Shown here in pieces: positions 22,127 to 29,509 of a stretch of DNA of 64,000 nucleotides. How positions within the stretch are numbered: position 1 is the stretch's first letter; each line of letters opens with the position of its first letter. The notes under the pieces are model-generated. The model searched no databases. It saw only the letters and a list, made by a program, of their open reading frames with translations, and had not been told where the DNA came from. The DNA is from a virus. The stretch is taken from positions 1 through 64,000 of IMG/VR virus record IMGVR_UViG_3300030333_002885; one strand, written 5' to 3'. The position numbers were made by a program, and so were the translations under genes.

Positions 22127-22576
22127 ATGCCAAAACTACCACCAAAACCCCTTGTCAGCGAGGTATTAGACGCTGTACATAAAGCGAAGACTAAGGACAA
22201 AAAGATAGAGGTACTTCGACAGTACGATTCCAAAGCAGTTAGGTATTGTCTCATCTGGAATTATGATGAGAGTTTGAAGAGTGCTTTGCCAGAAGGTGAA
22301 GTACCTTATACTCCTAATCCATCACCAACAATAGAATCTCAGAGTAAGCTTGCATCTGAGTACAAAACCCTGTATAATTTCATTGAAGGAGGCAATTACG
22401 AACTATCGAGTACTCGTAGGGAAGTATTGTTTATTCAACTGCTTGAAGCCTTGAATCCAGGTGAAGCAGAAGTATTATGTTTAGCAAAGGACAAAAAACT
22501 TGGCAGAAAATACAGATGCAGCTTCCCAGTCGTTAAAGAAGCCTACCCCGATATCGTCTGGGGAAACAGAACCTAA
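22127..22576 (+). CDS. Conserved T4-like hypothetical protein
   Basis: LPEGEVPY...RREVLFIQLLE.L...EAE motif. Confidence 0.75.
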   Translation: MPKLPPKPLVSEVLDAVHKAKTKDKKIEVLRQYDSKAVRYCLIWNYDESLKSALPEGEVPYTPNPSPTIESQSKLASEYKTLYNFIEGGNYELSSTRREVLFIQLLEALNPGEAEVLCLAKDKKLGRKYRCSFPVVKEAYPDIVWGNRT

Positions 22577-22889
22577 GACTTGGAGTGCTGAAGACAAAAA
22601 AGAGGCAAGAGAAAAGTATTGGATTAATATCCATGCACCTGATTGTTCTCTTGAAAAATCTAATGTCAAATCATTGCCTACCAATTCTTATTTGGTAGAG
22701 TATACTGTTGATAATTCTGATAAGATTCACTATGATATAGTGATTGCTAGTAAAAGAGTAGATGTATTTGATTTCTATTGGGACAAACTTAAAGGTGGTC
22801 TTAAAAAGATAGGGTACACTAATGGTACACGGAACCCTGCTATGTGGGGCAATCCTCCTATAAAAGAATCTAAAAAGAAAAAGAAATGA
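22500..22889 (+). CDS. Hypothetical protein
   Basis: ORF coupled to the next gene; start uncertain. Confidence 0.6.
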   Translation: MAENTDAASQSLKKPTPISSGETEPKTWSAEDKKEAREKYWINIHAPDCSLEKSNVKSLPTNSYLVEYTVDNSDKIHYDIVIASKRVDVFDFYWDKLKGGLKKIGYTNGTRNPAMWGNPPIKESKKKKK

Positions 22890-23653
22890 CAAAGATCCTT
22901 GTTACTGGTCATAAGGGATTCATAGGCAGTTATGTCTTCAATCACCTTAGACATGATGCAGGTTATGGATACCTAGTTGATGGTATGGATTTCCCCGATG
23001 ATGTCGGGGATTTTCAGTCTGAGATTAGTATGTTTGAAAAACCATATGATTATGTCATACATCTCGCAGCATTTGCTAACATCAGAGGCAGTTTAGATAA
23101 CCCAGATGTATTCTGGGAGAATAATGTAGAGAAGTCTAAACCTATCTTTGAATATTGTAGGAGATATAATGTCAGACTACTCTATGCTAGTTCAGCACAG
23201 GTAGAGGAGTGGTGGCAGAATCCTTATGGTATTACCAAGAAGGTTAATGAACTACAAGCACCACCTAATAGTGTAGGAATGAGGTTCCAGACTGTTTATG
23301 GTGAGAACAGTAGGTCTGATATGTTATTCAGAATGCTACAGGATAAGACTGCTAAGTATATTACTAATCATAAGAGAGACTGGATCCATGTTAAGGATGT
23401 TGCTAGAGCAATTTGTTACCTAATGTCTAGTACATATACTGGACACATAGATGTAGGAACAGGTGAGACTATAACAGTCAGAGAATTAGCAGAAGCATTT
23501 GGTCAGGCAAATCTACCAGTCAAGGAGAACACACCAGGTGAGAGAGATGTCACATGTGCTGACACTACTGCCTTGCGTGAACTCGGTTGGTTTCCAAGGG
23601 AAAAAGTTTTAGACTGTATTCCTGAGGGAAAACCGAACTCTCGTTTCAAATAA
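22886..23653 (+). CDS. NAD-dependent nucleotide-sugar epimerase/dehydratase
   Basis: TGHKGFIG, IHLAA, YASS, YGITK, RDWIHV.D. Confidence 0.88.
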   Translation: MTKILVTGHKGFIGSYVFNHLRHDAGYGYLVDGMDFPDDVGDFQSEISMFEKPYDYVIHLAAFANIRGSLDNPDVFWENNVEKSKPIFEYCRRYNVRLLYASSAQVEEWWQNPYGITKKVNELQAPPNSVGMRFQTVYGENSRSDMLFRMLQDKTAKYITNHKRDWIHVKDVARAICYLMSSTYTGHIDVGTGETITVRELAEAFGQANLPVKENTPGERDVTCADTTALRELGWFPREKVLDCIPEGKPNSRFK

Positions 23654-23695
23654 TCGGGAAAAAAAATTCGGGAATTTTTTTGAGCCACAGGATTT
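23654..23695. repeat. A-tract dyad element, copy 2
   Basis: TCGGG-AAAAAAAATTC-GG-GAATTTTTTT-GA-GCC-ACAGGATTT. Confidence 0.75.
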
Positions 23696-23701
23696 CAAAA
23701 A

Positions 23702-23717
23702 TGTAACAGTTGTTACA
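23702..23717. promoter_or_regulatory. NtcA-binding box
   Basis: TGTA-ACAGTTGT-TACA, an exact TGTA-N8-TACA palindrome. Confidence 0.7.
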
Positions 23718-23741
23718 GTTCTGGTCTTATACATAGTAATG

Positions 23742-23750
23742 TGTTATAAT
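23742..23750 (+). promoter_or_regulatory. Extended -10 host-sigma promoter
   Basis: TGTTATAAT; predicted start near 23757 coincides with the 5' end of aptamer 1. Confidence 0.7.
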
Positions 23751-23756
23751 GCACAT

Positions 23757-23803
23757 ATCGTTCAGTCCCAACAGGGACCGCAAGTAAGCCGACTCGGAAC
23801 GGG
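23757..23803 (+). ncRNA. Glutamine riboswitch-like aptamer 1 (glnA/Downstream-peptide family)
   Basis: P1 CGTTC/GAACG; P2 GTCCC-AACA-GGGAC; CGCAAGTAAG junction; upstream of a YRG peptide. Confidence 0.75.
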
Positions 23804-23805
23804 TT

Positions 23806-23991
23806 ATCGTTCATCCCATGTTTCATCTAGCAGCAATAGCAGCAACCTTTTCTTGCATCGATGCTCAAATGTTGATCGATAAGATCAATGAGTTTAAGAT
23901 TGAAGAGGAAACACGAGCTGAGATGATCAGCGTAGTGTTAGACGAAACACCTCATTGTGAGTGGGACGCAAAAGCCGACTGAAGGAACGGG
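23806..23991 (+). ncRNA. Glutamine riboswitch-like aptamer 2 with a 143-nt P2 loop
   Basis: P1 CGTTC (23808) / GAACG (23985); P2 TCCCA (23814) / TGGGA (23962); CGCAAAAGCCGACTGAAG 3' segment. Confidence 0.7.
23818..23982 (+). CDS. 54-aa ORF nested within aptamer 2
   Basis: MFHLAAIAATFSCIDAQMLIDKINEFKIEEETRAEMISVVLDETPHCEWDAKAD*. Confidence 0.6.
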   Translation: MFHLAAIAATFSCIDAQMLIDKINEFKIEEETRAEMISVVLDETPHCEWDAKAD

Positions 23992-24020
23992 TCTAATCCA
24001 CCCTACCTAAGGTAACCAAA

Positions 24021-24164
24021 ATGGCAAAAGTCACTTATCGTGGTGTCGAGTACGACACTGAAGAGTACAACGCAAAAATTCTCGATGAGAATGCAAGGCG
24101 TAACAGACACGATCTAATGTATCGTGGACTCAAGGTAAAAAGTGCTGCAATTCCTTGCAGTTAA
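24021..24164 (+). CDS. DUF4278-type YRG peptide (47 aa)
   Basis: MAKVTYRGVEYD...DLMYRGLKV; two YRG motifs; AAGGT Shine-Dalgarno upstream. Confidence 0.8.
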   Translation: MAKVTYRGVEYDTEEYNAKILDENARRNRHDLMYRGLKVKSAAIPCS

Positions 24165-24191
24165 ACTAGCAAAACCTGTGCATAGTAAAAG

Positions 24192-24216
24192 GAGGGGTAG
24201 ACACCCCTCTTTTTTT
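24192..24216 (+). terminator. Rho-independent terminator overlapping a sigma70 promoter
   Basis: GAGGGGT-AGAC-ACCCCTC-T7; TAGACA (24198) - 17 bp - TATAAT (24221). Confidence 0.8.
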
Positions 24217-24245
24217 ATACTATAATATCCAAAACGGAGGATCTT

Positions 24246-24479
24246 ATGTTACACATGCGAGAACAACTCCTTAGAGCAGTATTAGCACATGCTCAAGGTG
24301 AAATTGCTAAACATAGAGCAAATGTGGAAGTTTATCTAGAACATCCTGCAGGTATCGGAGAGCATTCAGATATTACTGAAGCAATTCAAGTTGAACTTGA
24401 TAAGATTGCTAGGTATGATGATCAAGTTGAAGTTATAAACAAATATTTTAGATCACCAAAAGAAACTTTAAATGGTTAA
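24246..24479 (+). CDS. Conserved hypothetical protein
   Basis: NVEVYL..PAGIGEHSDI motif; strong GGAGG Shine-Dalgarno. Confidence 0.75.
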   Translation: MLHMREQLLRAVLAHAQGEIAKHRANVEVYLEHPAGIGEHSDITEAIQVELDKIARYDDQVEVINKYFRSPKETLNG

Positions 24480-24630
24480 TAAAGCTAAATTAAAAGTTTT
24501 GGTCATGGCTCTTAAGGAGATTGTTGAAGAGTTAGAGTCGGAAGTTTATTCTGACACTGAAGCATATACACAACCTCCTGTAGGTGATATTGAAGAGGTG
24601 TGGGATGACGATGACGGATATCCTGACTAA
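24472..24630 (+). CDS. Small acidic protein (52 aa)
   Basis: MVNKAKLKVLVMALKEIVEELESEVYSD...DDDDGYPD. Confidence 0.65.
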   Translation: MVNKAKLKVLVMALKEIVEELESEVYSDTEAYTQPPVGDIEEVWDDDDGYPD

Positions 24631-25015
24631 CAGGTATCATTCTTGCTCTATTTCGGTTTATGGTGATTGGCGAATATCTAGCAAAGATGTTAAAATACAC
24701 CTTGCTGACATTGCACACCTATTAACCAAAAAACGGTTAAAAATGGTAGATCACGAAAATATTGCTTGGAAGGGTATGAACCTTTTAGAGGAATATGCTA
24801 CAAATCGGTGTATTTGTTGTAAAGGCGAAAGATACCGAAATTGTGATTTTCATTTTCCTGGCATTTTAGTCGAAAATGCTCCAAATCCGTTTAATCTCAA
24901 ATTTCGCATGATAGACGGAAAACACAGAATTGCAAAAATGCGTAAAATGGGCATTTTTCGCAGTATGTACTATGTAATCCCTTTTAAAAAATTTAAAAAA
25001 TATTGTTATGGATGA
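24584..25015 (+). CDS. ParB/Srx-like domain protein
   Basis: PGILV...FRMIDGKHRI resembles the ParB DG.HR motif; start probably near 24605-24611. Confidence 0.55.
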   Translation: MILKRCGMTMTDILTNRYHSCSISVYGDWRISSKDVKIHLADIAHLLTKKRLKMVDHENIAWKGMNLLEEYATNRCICCKGERYRNCDFHFPGILVENAPNPFNLKFRMIDGKHRIAKMRKMGIFRSMYYVIPFKKFKKYCYG

Positions 25016-25223
25016 TGCAAAACTTAAGTTAAGGCAAGAGGTCTTGAAAATCTTGATGTCTAAATACGGTAATAGTACCTACTCAAATCGTGCCATTTAC
25101 GAATGTGCAGACGATTGGTGTAGTAAGCAGGTTACAACGCACGGACTAGCAGGTTATTTTAAAGCGTATTATGCGACTAAAGGAAACGATCAAGTTGGTG
25201 AAAAAGGCACTCAAGCATCCTGA
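25008..25223 (+). CDS. Hypothetical protein
   Basis: Coupled ORF. Confidence 0.55.
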   Translation: MDDAKLKLRQEVLKILMSKYGNSTYSNRAIYECADDWCSKQVTTHGLAGYFKAYYATKGNDQVGEKGTQAS

Positions 25224-25353
25224 GATGTATAATGAGGAAGAACTCCATTATATGCGTCAGGCAAAACGAGAGGCTAAAGCAAAACTTAAATTGAAACAAC
25301 TTAGAAAACTACAAAATGACTGTAAAACTGATTCAGATAACACCAAAACCTGA
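25171..25353 (+). CDS. Small basic hypothetical protein
   Basis: KKALKHPEMY.EEEL.YM motif. Confidence 0.6.
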   Translation: MRLKETIKLVKKALKHPEMYNEEELHYMRQAKREAKAKLKLKQLRKLQNDCKTDSDNTKT

Positions 25354-25957
25354 GGAACAAATAGCGTATATCGCTAGGGTATCAAATCCCAAAAATCAGG
25401 ATAATCCAGATTATGCTAAATTGCTTGCTTATTGTATTAAGCATCAACATTGGTCTATATTTGAACAGGCATTTATGACATTGGAGATCGAGACCACTAG
25501 AGGTCTTGCTGCTCAGATATTGCGTCATAGATCTTTTACTTTCCAAGAATTTTCTCAGCGTTATGCTGATACTTCTTTAATGACAAAAGGTAGTTTAATA
25601 CCTATACCAGAATTGCGTCGTCAAGATTTAAAGAATCGTCAAAATTCTACAGATGATCTTGACCCAGAAAAGGTAAAAATGTTAGAGAAGGAAATTGCTC
25701 AACATTTTCATGATGCTCAGGATCTCTATCGTTATATGATAGATATGGGTGTTGCTAAAGAATGTGCCAGATTTGTATTACCACTTGCTGTACCAACTAA
25801 ACTGTACATGAGTGGTAGTGTAAGATCTTGGATACATTATATTGATCTTAGATCTGCTCATGGTACTCAGAAGGAGCATAAGGTTATTGCAGAGGAATGT
25901 AGAGAAATATTTAAGGTACAATTACCAACAGTATCTGAAGCATTGGGTTGGACATGA
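25316..25957 (+). CDS. thyX: Flavin-dependent thymidylate synthase
   Basis: HWSIFEQ, QILRHRSFTFQEFSQRY, ECARFVLP, TQKEH. Confidence 0.96.
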   Translation: MTVKLIQITPKPEEQIAYIARVSNPKNQDNPDYAKLLAYCIKHQHWSIFEQAFMTLEIETTRGLAAQILRHRSFTFQEFSQRYADTSLMTKGSLIPIPELRRQDLKNRQNSTDDLDPEKVKMLEKEIAQHFHDAQDLYRYMIDMGVAKECARFVLPLAVPTKLYMSGSVRSWIHYIDLRSAHGTQKEHKVIAEECREIFKVQLPTVSEALGWT

Positions 25958-26628
25958 CAAAGGTAACTCGTTTTACCAGTGATCCTCCACAATCACCTTA
26001 TGCTCCTATATGGGATTATTGTATTGCTGAGAAGGAGACTAATATTGATGTAGAAGAACTTGCTAAAATTATTTTATCTAAAGAAGAAGAAATTAAAGAA
26101 AAATATCCAGATGATTGGGATCAATATGATGACGGAGATACTGGTTTGGGTGCAGATAGTTTAACTGCTAGATTTAACTATTTTAATGTGTTAAAATGGG
26201 ATAGTCCAGTATGTGAGGAACTTCATAAGGAGATTAGAGGATTTCATGCAGAATACACGAGAAATACTATTGGTAATCTTAGTGACCATCAATTCTTTAA
26301 GGATGGTGGTGAATTAAAGGTTAGATGTTGGGCAAATGTGATGCGTAATGGTCAACAGATCAAAAAGCATTCTCATTCAAGTTACCCTCATTGTTATCTT
26401 AGTGGACATTTTACTGTTCAATGTGATAATACTTCAACGATATATTATCATCCATATCATCAAGAATCATACCCTTTTAAAAATTCACCTAATAGTATGA
26501 CATTATTCCCTACATGGGTTCCCCATAGTACGGATAAACATCAATCAGATGTACCTCGTATTACGATTGCATTTGATATACTATTACATAACAAACCGAA
26601 CAGTGAGGGAGAATTAGTCTCTCTCTAA
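25954..26628 (+). CDS. 2OG-Fe(II) oxygenase (TIGR02466-like)
   Basis: WANVMR, HSH, LSGH, FPTWVPHS, RITIAFD. Confidence 0.8.
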   Translation: MTKVTRFTSDPPQSPYAPIWDYCIAEKETNIDVEELAKIILSKEEEIKEKYPDDWDQYDDGDTGLGADSLTARFNYFNVLKWDSPVCEELHKEIRGFHAEYTRNTIGNLSDHQFFKDGGELKVRCWANVMRNGQQIKKHSHSSYPHCYLSGHFTVQCDNTSTIYYHPYHQESYPFKNSPNSMTLFPTWVPHSTDKHQSDVPRITIAFDILLHNKPNSEGELVSL

Positions 26629-26651
26629 ATAACACTACCTTGTAAAGTTTT

Positions 26652-26906
26652 ATGGCTACTTATCCTGTAATCCACAAAAAGACTGGCGAACAAAAAGAAG
26701 TTGCAATGAGCATCACAGAGTGGTCTAAGTGGTGCGATGACAATCCTGACTGGCAGAGAGACTGGTCTGACCCCTCAACAATGCCTGGTGTAGGAGAAGT
26801 TGGTGAGTGGAAAGATAAACTTAGAAAATCTAAACCTGGTTGGAATGAGATCTTAGGGAGAGCTCAAAAAACAGGTAGAAATCGCCAAAAACTTACTTTA
26901 GACTAA
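26652..26906 (+). CDS. Conserved T4-like hypothetical protein upstream of phoH
   Basis: MATYPV..KKTGE...PGWNEIL. Confidence 0.7.
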   Translation: MATYPVIHKKTGEQKEVAMSITEWSKWCDDNPDWQRDWSDPSTMPGVGEVGEWKDKLRKSKPGWNEILGRAQKTGRNRQKLTLD

Positions 26907-26907
26907 T

Positions 26908-27663
26908 ATGCCACGCAAAAGAAAAACCGCATCCGTTGTCACTGGTATCGGCATGACTGCCAAACAGATGAGAAGGAAGAAACCTATTAATAGTGACTTC
27001 TTAAATGATATTCAACCATTAACAGAGAATCAGAAAAAATTCTTTGATGATTATAACGAAGGTAAACATCTTTTTGCATATGGATGTGCTGGTACAGGTA
27101 AGACCTTTATAGCACTCTACAACGCTCTTAAAGAGGTATTAGACTATACGACACCTTATCAGAAGATCTACATGGTTAGATCTCTTGTATCGACCAGAGA
27201 GATTGGTTTCCTACCTGGTGACCATGAAGATAAGTCTGCACTATATCAGATTCCTTATAAGAACATGGTGAAATACATGTTTGAGATGAATAGTGATGCA
27301 GATTTTGAGATGTTGTATGGAAACCTCAAGACTCAGGAGACCATTTCCTTCTGGAGTACATCATTTATAAGGGGTACTACTTTAGATAATGCTATTGTAA
27401 TCGTGGATGAGTGCCAAAACTTGAATTTTCACGAGTTAGATAGTATAATAACAAGAGTTGGAGAAGATACCAAAATTCTTTTCTGTGGTGATGCTACTCA
27501 AAGTGACCTTACCAGAGATAAAGAGAGAAATGGTATCATTGACTTTATGAGAATCCTACAACAGATGGAATCATTTTCATGTATCGAATTCGGTCTTGAA
27601 GATATTGTTCGTTCTGGATTGTGTAAAGAGTATCTGACCACAAAACACGCTATGTCTATGTAA
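26908..27663 (+). CDS. phoH: PhoH-like ATPase
   Basis: GCAGTGKT, IGFLPG, RGTTL, DECQN, GDATQSD, DIVRS. Confidence 0.95.
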   Translation: MPRKRKTASVVTGIGMTAKQMRRKKPINSDFLNDIQPLTENQKKFFDDYNEGKHLFAYGCAGTGKTFIALYNALKEVLDYTTPYQKIYMVRSLVSTREIGFLPGDHEDKSALYQIPYKNMVKYMFEMNSDADFEMLYGNLKTQETISFWSTSFIRGTTLDNAIVIVDECQNLNFHELDSIITRVGEDTKILFCGDATQSDLTRDKERNGIIDFMRILQQMESFSCIEFGLEDIVRSGLCKEYLTTKHAMSM

Positions 27664-28340
27664 TGTTTAATCATGTTGATGTGACACTCCCTCGATTAGA
27701 GAGGGAAACTATTGATGGTGTTAGATACTATAAAGTTCCTAATGGGGAAGATTTATTAAAATTAGTATCTATTACTTCTGTAACCAGTCATTATAATAGA
27801 GAGAAATTTGCTAAATGGCGTAAAAAGGTTGGTGATGCAGAGGCAAACAAGATTACTGCGAGAGCAACCTCTCGTGGTACTGACATGCATACCCTTACAG
27901 AGCATTATCTGAAGAATGAAGAACTACCTGTAGTTCAACCATTATCAGATCTCTTGTTTAAAATTGCTAAACCTACTCTTAATAAGATTGATAATATTCA
28001 TTCTTTAGAGGGTGCTCTTTATAGTAAAGAATTAGGTGTTGCTGGTACAGTAGACTGTATAGCAGAATATGAGGGAGAATTATCAGTCATTGACTTTAAA
28101 ACTTCTAAAGCACCTAAACCACGCAAATGGATTGATGGTTATTTTGTACAGGCAGCAGCATATGCTTGCATGTATTATGAATTAACAGGAACACCAGTCA
28201 AGAAACTAGTCATTATTATGGCATGTGAAGATGGAACTTGTGAGGTTTACGAGGAGAGAGATAAGTTAAAATATATGAGATTACTCGTTACCTACATTAG
28301 AACATTTTTAAATTACCAATTGCAATTACATGGAAAATGA
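27663..28340 (+). CDS. Exonuclease, PD-(D/E)XK family
   Basis: SITSV, RGT.MH, AGTVDCI, IDFKTS, Q...YA. Confidence 0.85.
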   Translation: MFNHVDVTLPRLERETIDGVRYYKVPNGEDLLKLVSITSVTSHYNREKFAKWRKKVGDAEANKITARATSRGTDMHTLTEHYLKNEELPVVQPLSDLLFKIAKPTLNKIDNIHSLEGALYSKELGVAGTVDCIAEYEGELSVIDFKTSKAPKPRKWIDGYFVQAAAYACMYYELTGTPVKKLVIIMACEDGTCEVYEERDKLKYMRLLVTYIRTFLNYQLQLHGK

Positions 28341-28584
28341 ATTTACACAAGCTGTAGCTAAGAAATTTATGAATTCTACTAAGTTTGCTCAAGAGATTGA
28401 GAAACTTGTTAAGAATGAAAAAATTAACTACATTGATGCTATAGTATTATTCTGTGAGGAGAATAATATTGAAATTGATTCTATTACTAAATTAATTTCT
28501 AAACCTCTTAAGGAGAAATTAAAATGTGATGCTCAACAGTTGAACTTTATGAAAAAGACTACTCGTGCTAAACTCCCTCTCTAA
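28330..28584 (+). CDS. g33: Late promoter transcription co-activator gp33
   Basis: YIDAI..FCEEN.I...LISKPLKEKL..DA..LNF. Confidence 0.88.
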   Translation: MENEFTQAVAKKFMNSTKFAQEIEKLVKNEKINYIDAIVLFCEENNIEIDSITKLISKPLKEKLKCDAQQLNFMKKTTRAKLPL

Positions 28585-29086
28585 TCCAAAGACTCCTCAT
28601 TACAAAGAGTTTAAGAAATGGGTTCTTGGACCTGATTTCTATTGGAAGTATAATGCTGAAGGAGGTGTAAAGTTTCCAGGTGGTTATTCAGATAGAAGTG
28701 TACCGTTTTATACTAGAGCTTTTATTCAAAGACCAGAGATAGCAAAATATCCTGTAACAGTACAAGACCCTCATGAGGTTGATAGTGTTGTTAAAGTAAT
28801 GACTGAAATATTGGAACATAATAAGTATAATTTTAATAGTATACTGAGATTAGCAGTTAATTGTGTTCATCCAGAGAAAGTGGTTACATCCTCTTTTGCA
28901 CATGTAGATCATTATTTTCCTCATAAGAATTTTATCATATATCTTACCAGTGCAGGTGGTTCTACTTTTGTAGAAGGAAAGGAATATTCTCCTAAAGAAG
29001 ATGATGCTATTGTGTTTTCTGGAGAGCATTATATGAAGACTCCCGAACATAATCGTAGGGTTATTTTGGTTGCAACTATGATATAA
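28565..29086 (+). CDS. 2OG-Fe(II) oxygenase-like protein
   Basis: HVDH, IIYLT..GG.T, PKED..IVF.G.H, RR.ILV. Confidence 0.7.
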   Translation: MLNSLSNPKTPHYKEFKKWVLGPDFYWKYNAEGGVKFPGGYSDRSVPFYTRAFIQRPEIAKYPVTVQDPHEVDSVVKVMTEILEHNKYNFNSILRLAVNCVHPEKVVTSSFAHVDHYFPHKNFIIYLTSAGGSTFVEGKEYSPKEDDAIVFSGEHYMKTPEHNRRVILVATMI

Positions 29087-29118
29087 TAAAGATAAATAGA
29101 GGTGTTCAGAGAGGAGTT

Positions 29119-29457
29119 ATGTCTGATTTTTTTGATTCCGATTTCGTCAAAGATGAGATGGAAACAATTAATGAAATGCAAGAGGAGATTTATTCACAAG
29201 TGTTTAAATTCCCCAAACTTCCTCGTGACGAACAGCTTGAGCATCTAGAACAGTTAGATGATTTGCTTGAAAAACAGCAGATTCTTTATACTCGTATGAA
29301 ACTGTCTGATGACCCTCGTGCTAAAGAGATTGCTGACAATGTTCGACAATCTGCTATAGTAATGGGGTTCCCTAAGGATGTTGATTGTAATCTCTTGTTT
29401 TCTAACATGAGACAAACTCTCAACAGAGTCCGTGAAGGTCTTGACAAAGCAGTATGA
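29119..29457 (+). CDS. DUF1825-like cyanophage protein
   Basis: FFDSDFV...LLEKQ...YTRMKLSDDP.A. Confidence 0.75.
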   Translation: MSDFFDSDFVKDEMETINEMQEEIYSQVFKFPKLPRDEQLEHLEQLDDLLEKQQILYTRMKLSDDPRAKEIADNVRQSAIVMGFPKDVDCNLLFSNMRQTLNRVREGLDKAV

Positions 29458-29469
29458 GCGGCTTATAAT
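29441..29469 (+). promoter_or_regulatory. Consensus sigma70 promoter for g32
   Basis: TTGACA - 17 bp - TATAAT. Confidence 0.85.
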
Positions 29470-29509
29470 AGACTCACACAAGCCAAATCCAATTACACAG
29501 GCCAAATCT

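Noticed and set aside
22860-22890. wcaG RNA motif upstream of the epimerase
   Set aside because: The gene start overlaps the upstream stop, leaving no leader
23717-23750. Canonical class II NtcA-activated promoter
   Set aside because: The spacing from the box to TATAAT is 28 bp rather than about 22, so activation versus repression cannot be called
27663-28340. Cas4-like nuclease as a sign of a CRISPR system
   Set aside because: It is the usual exonuclease next to phoH; no array or other cas genes are present
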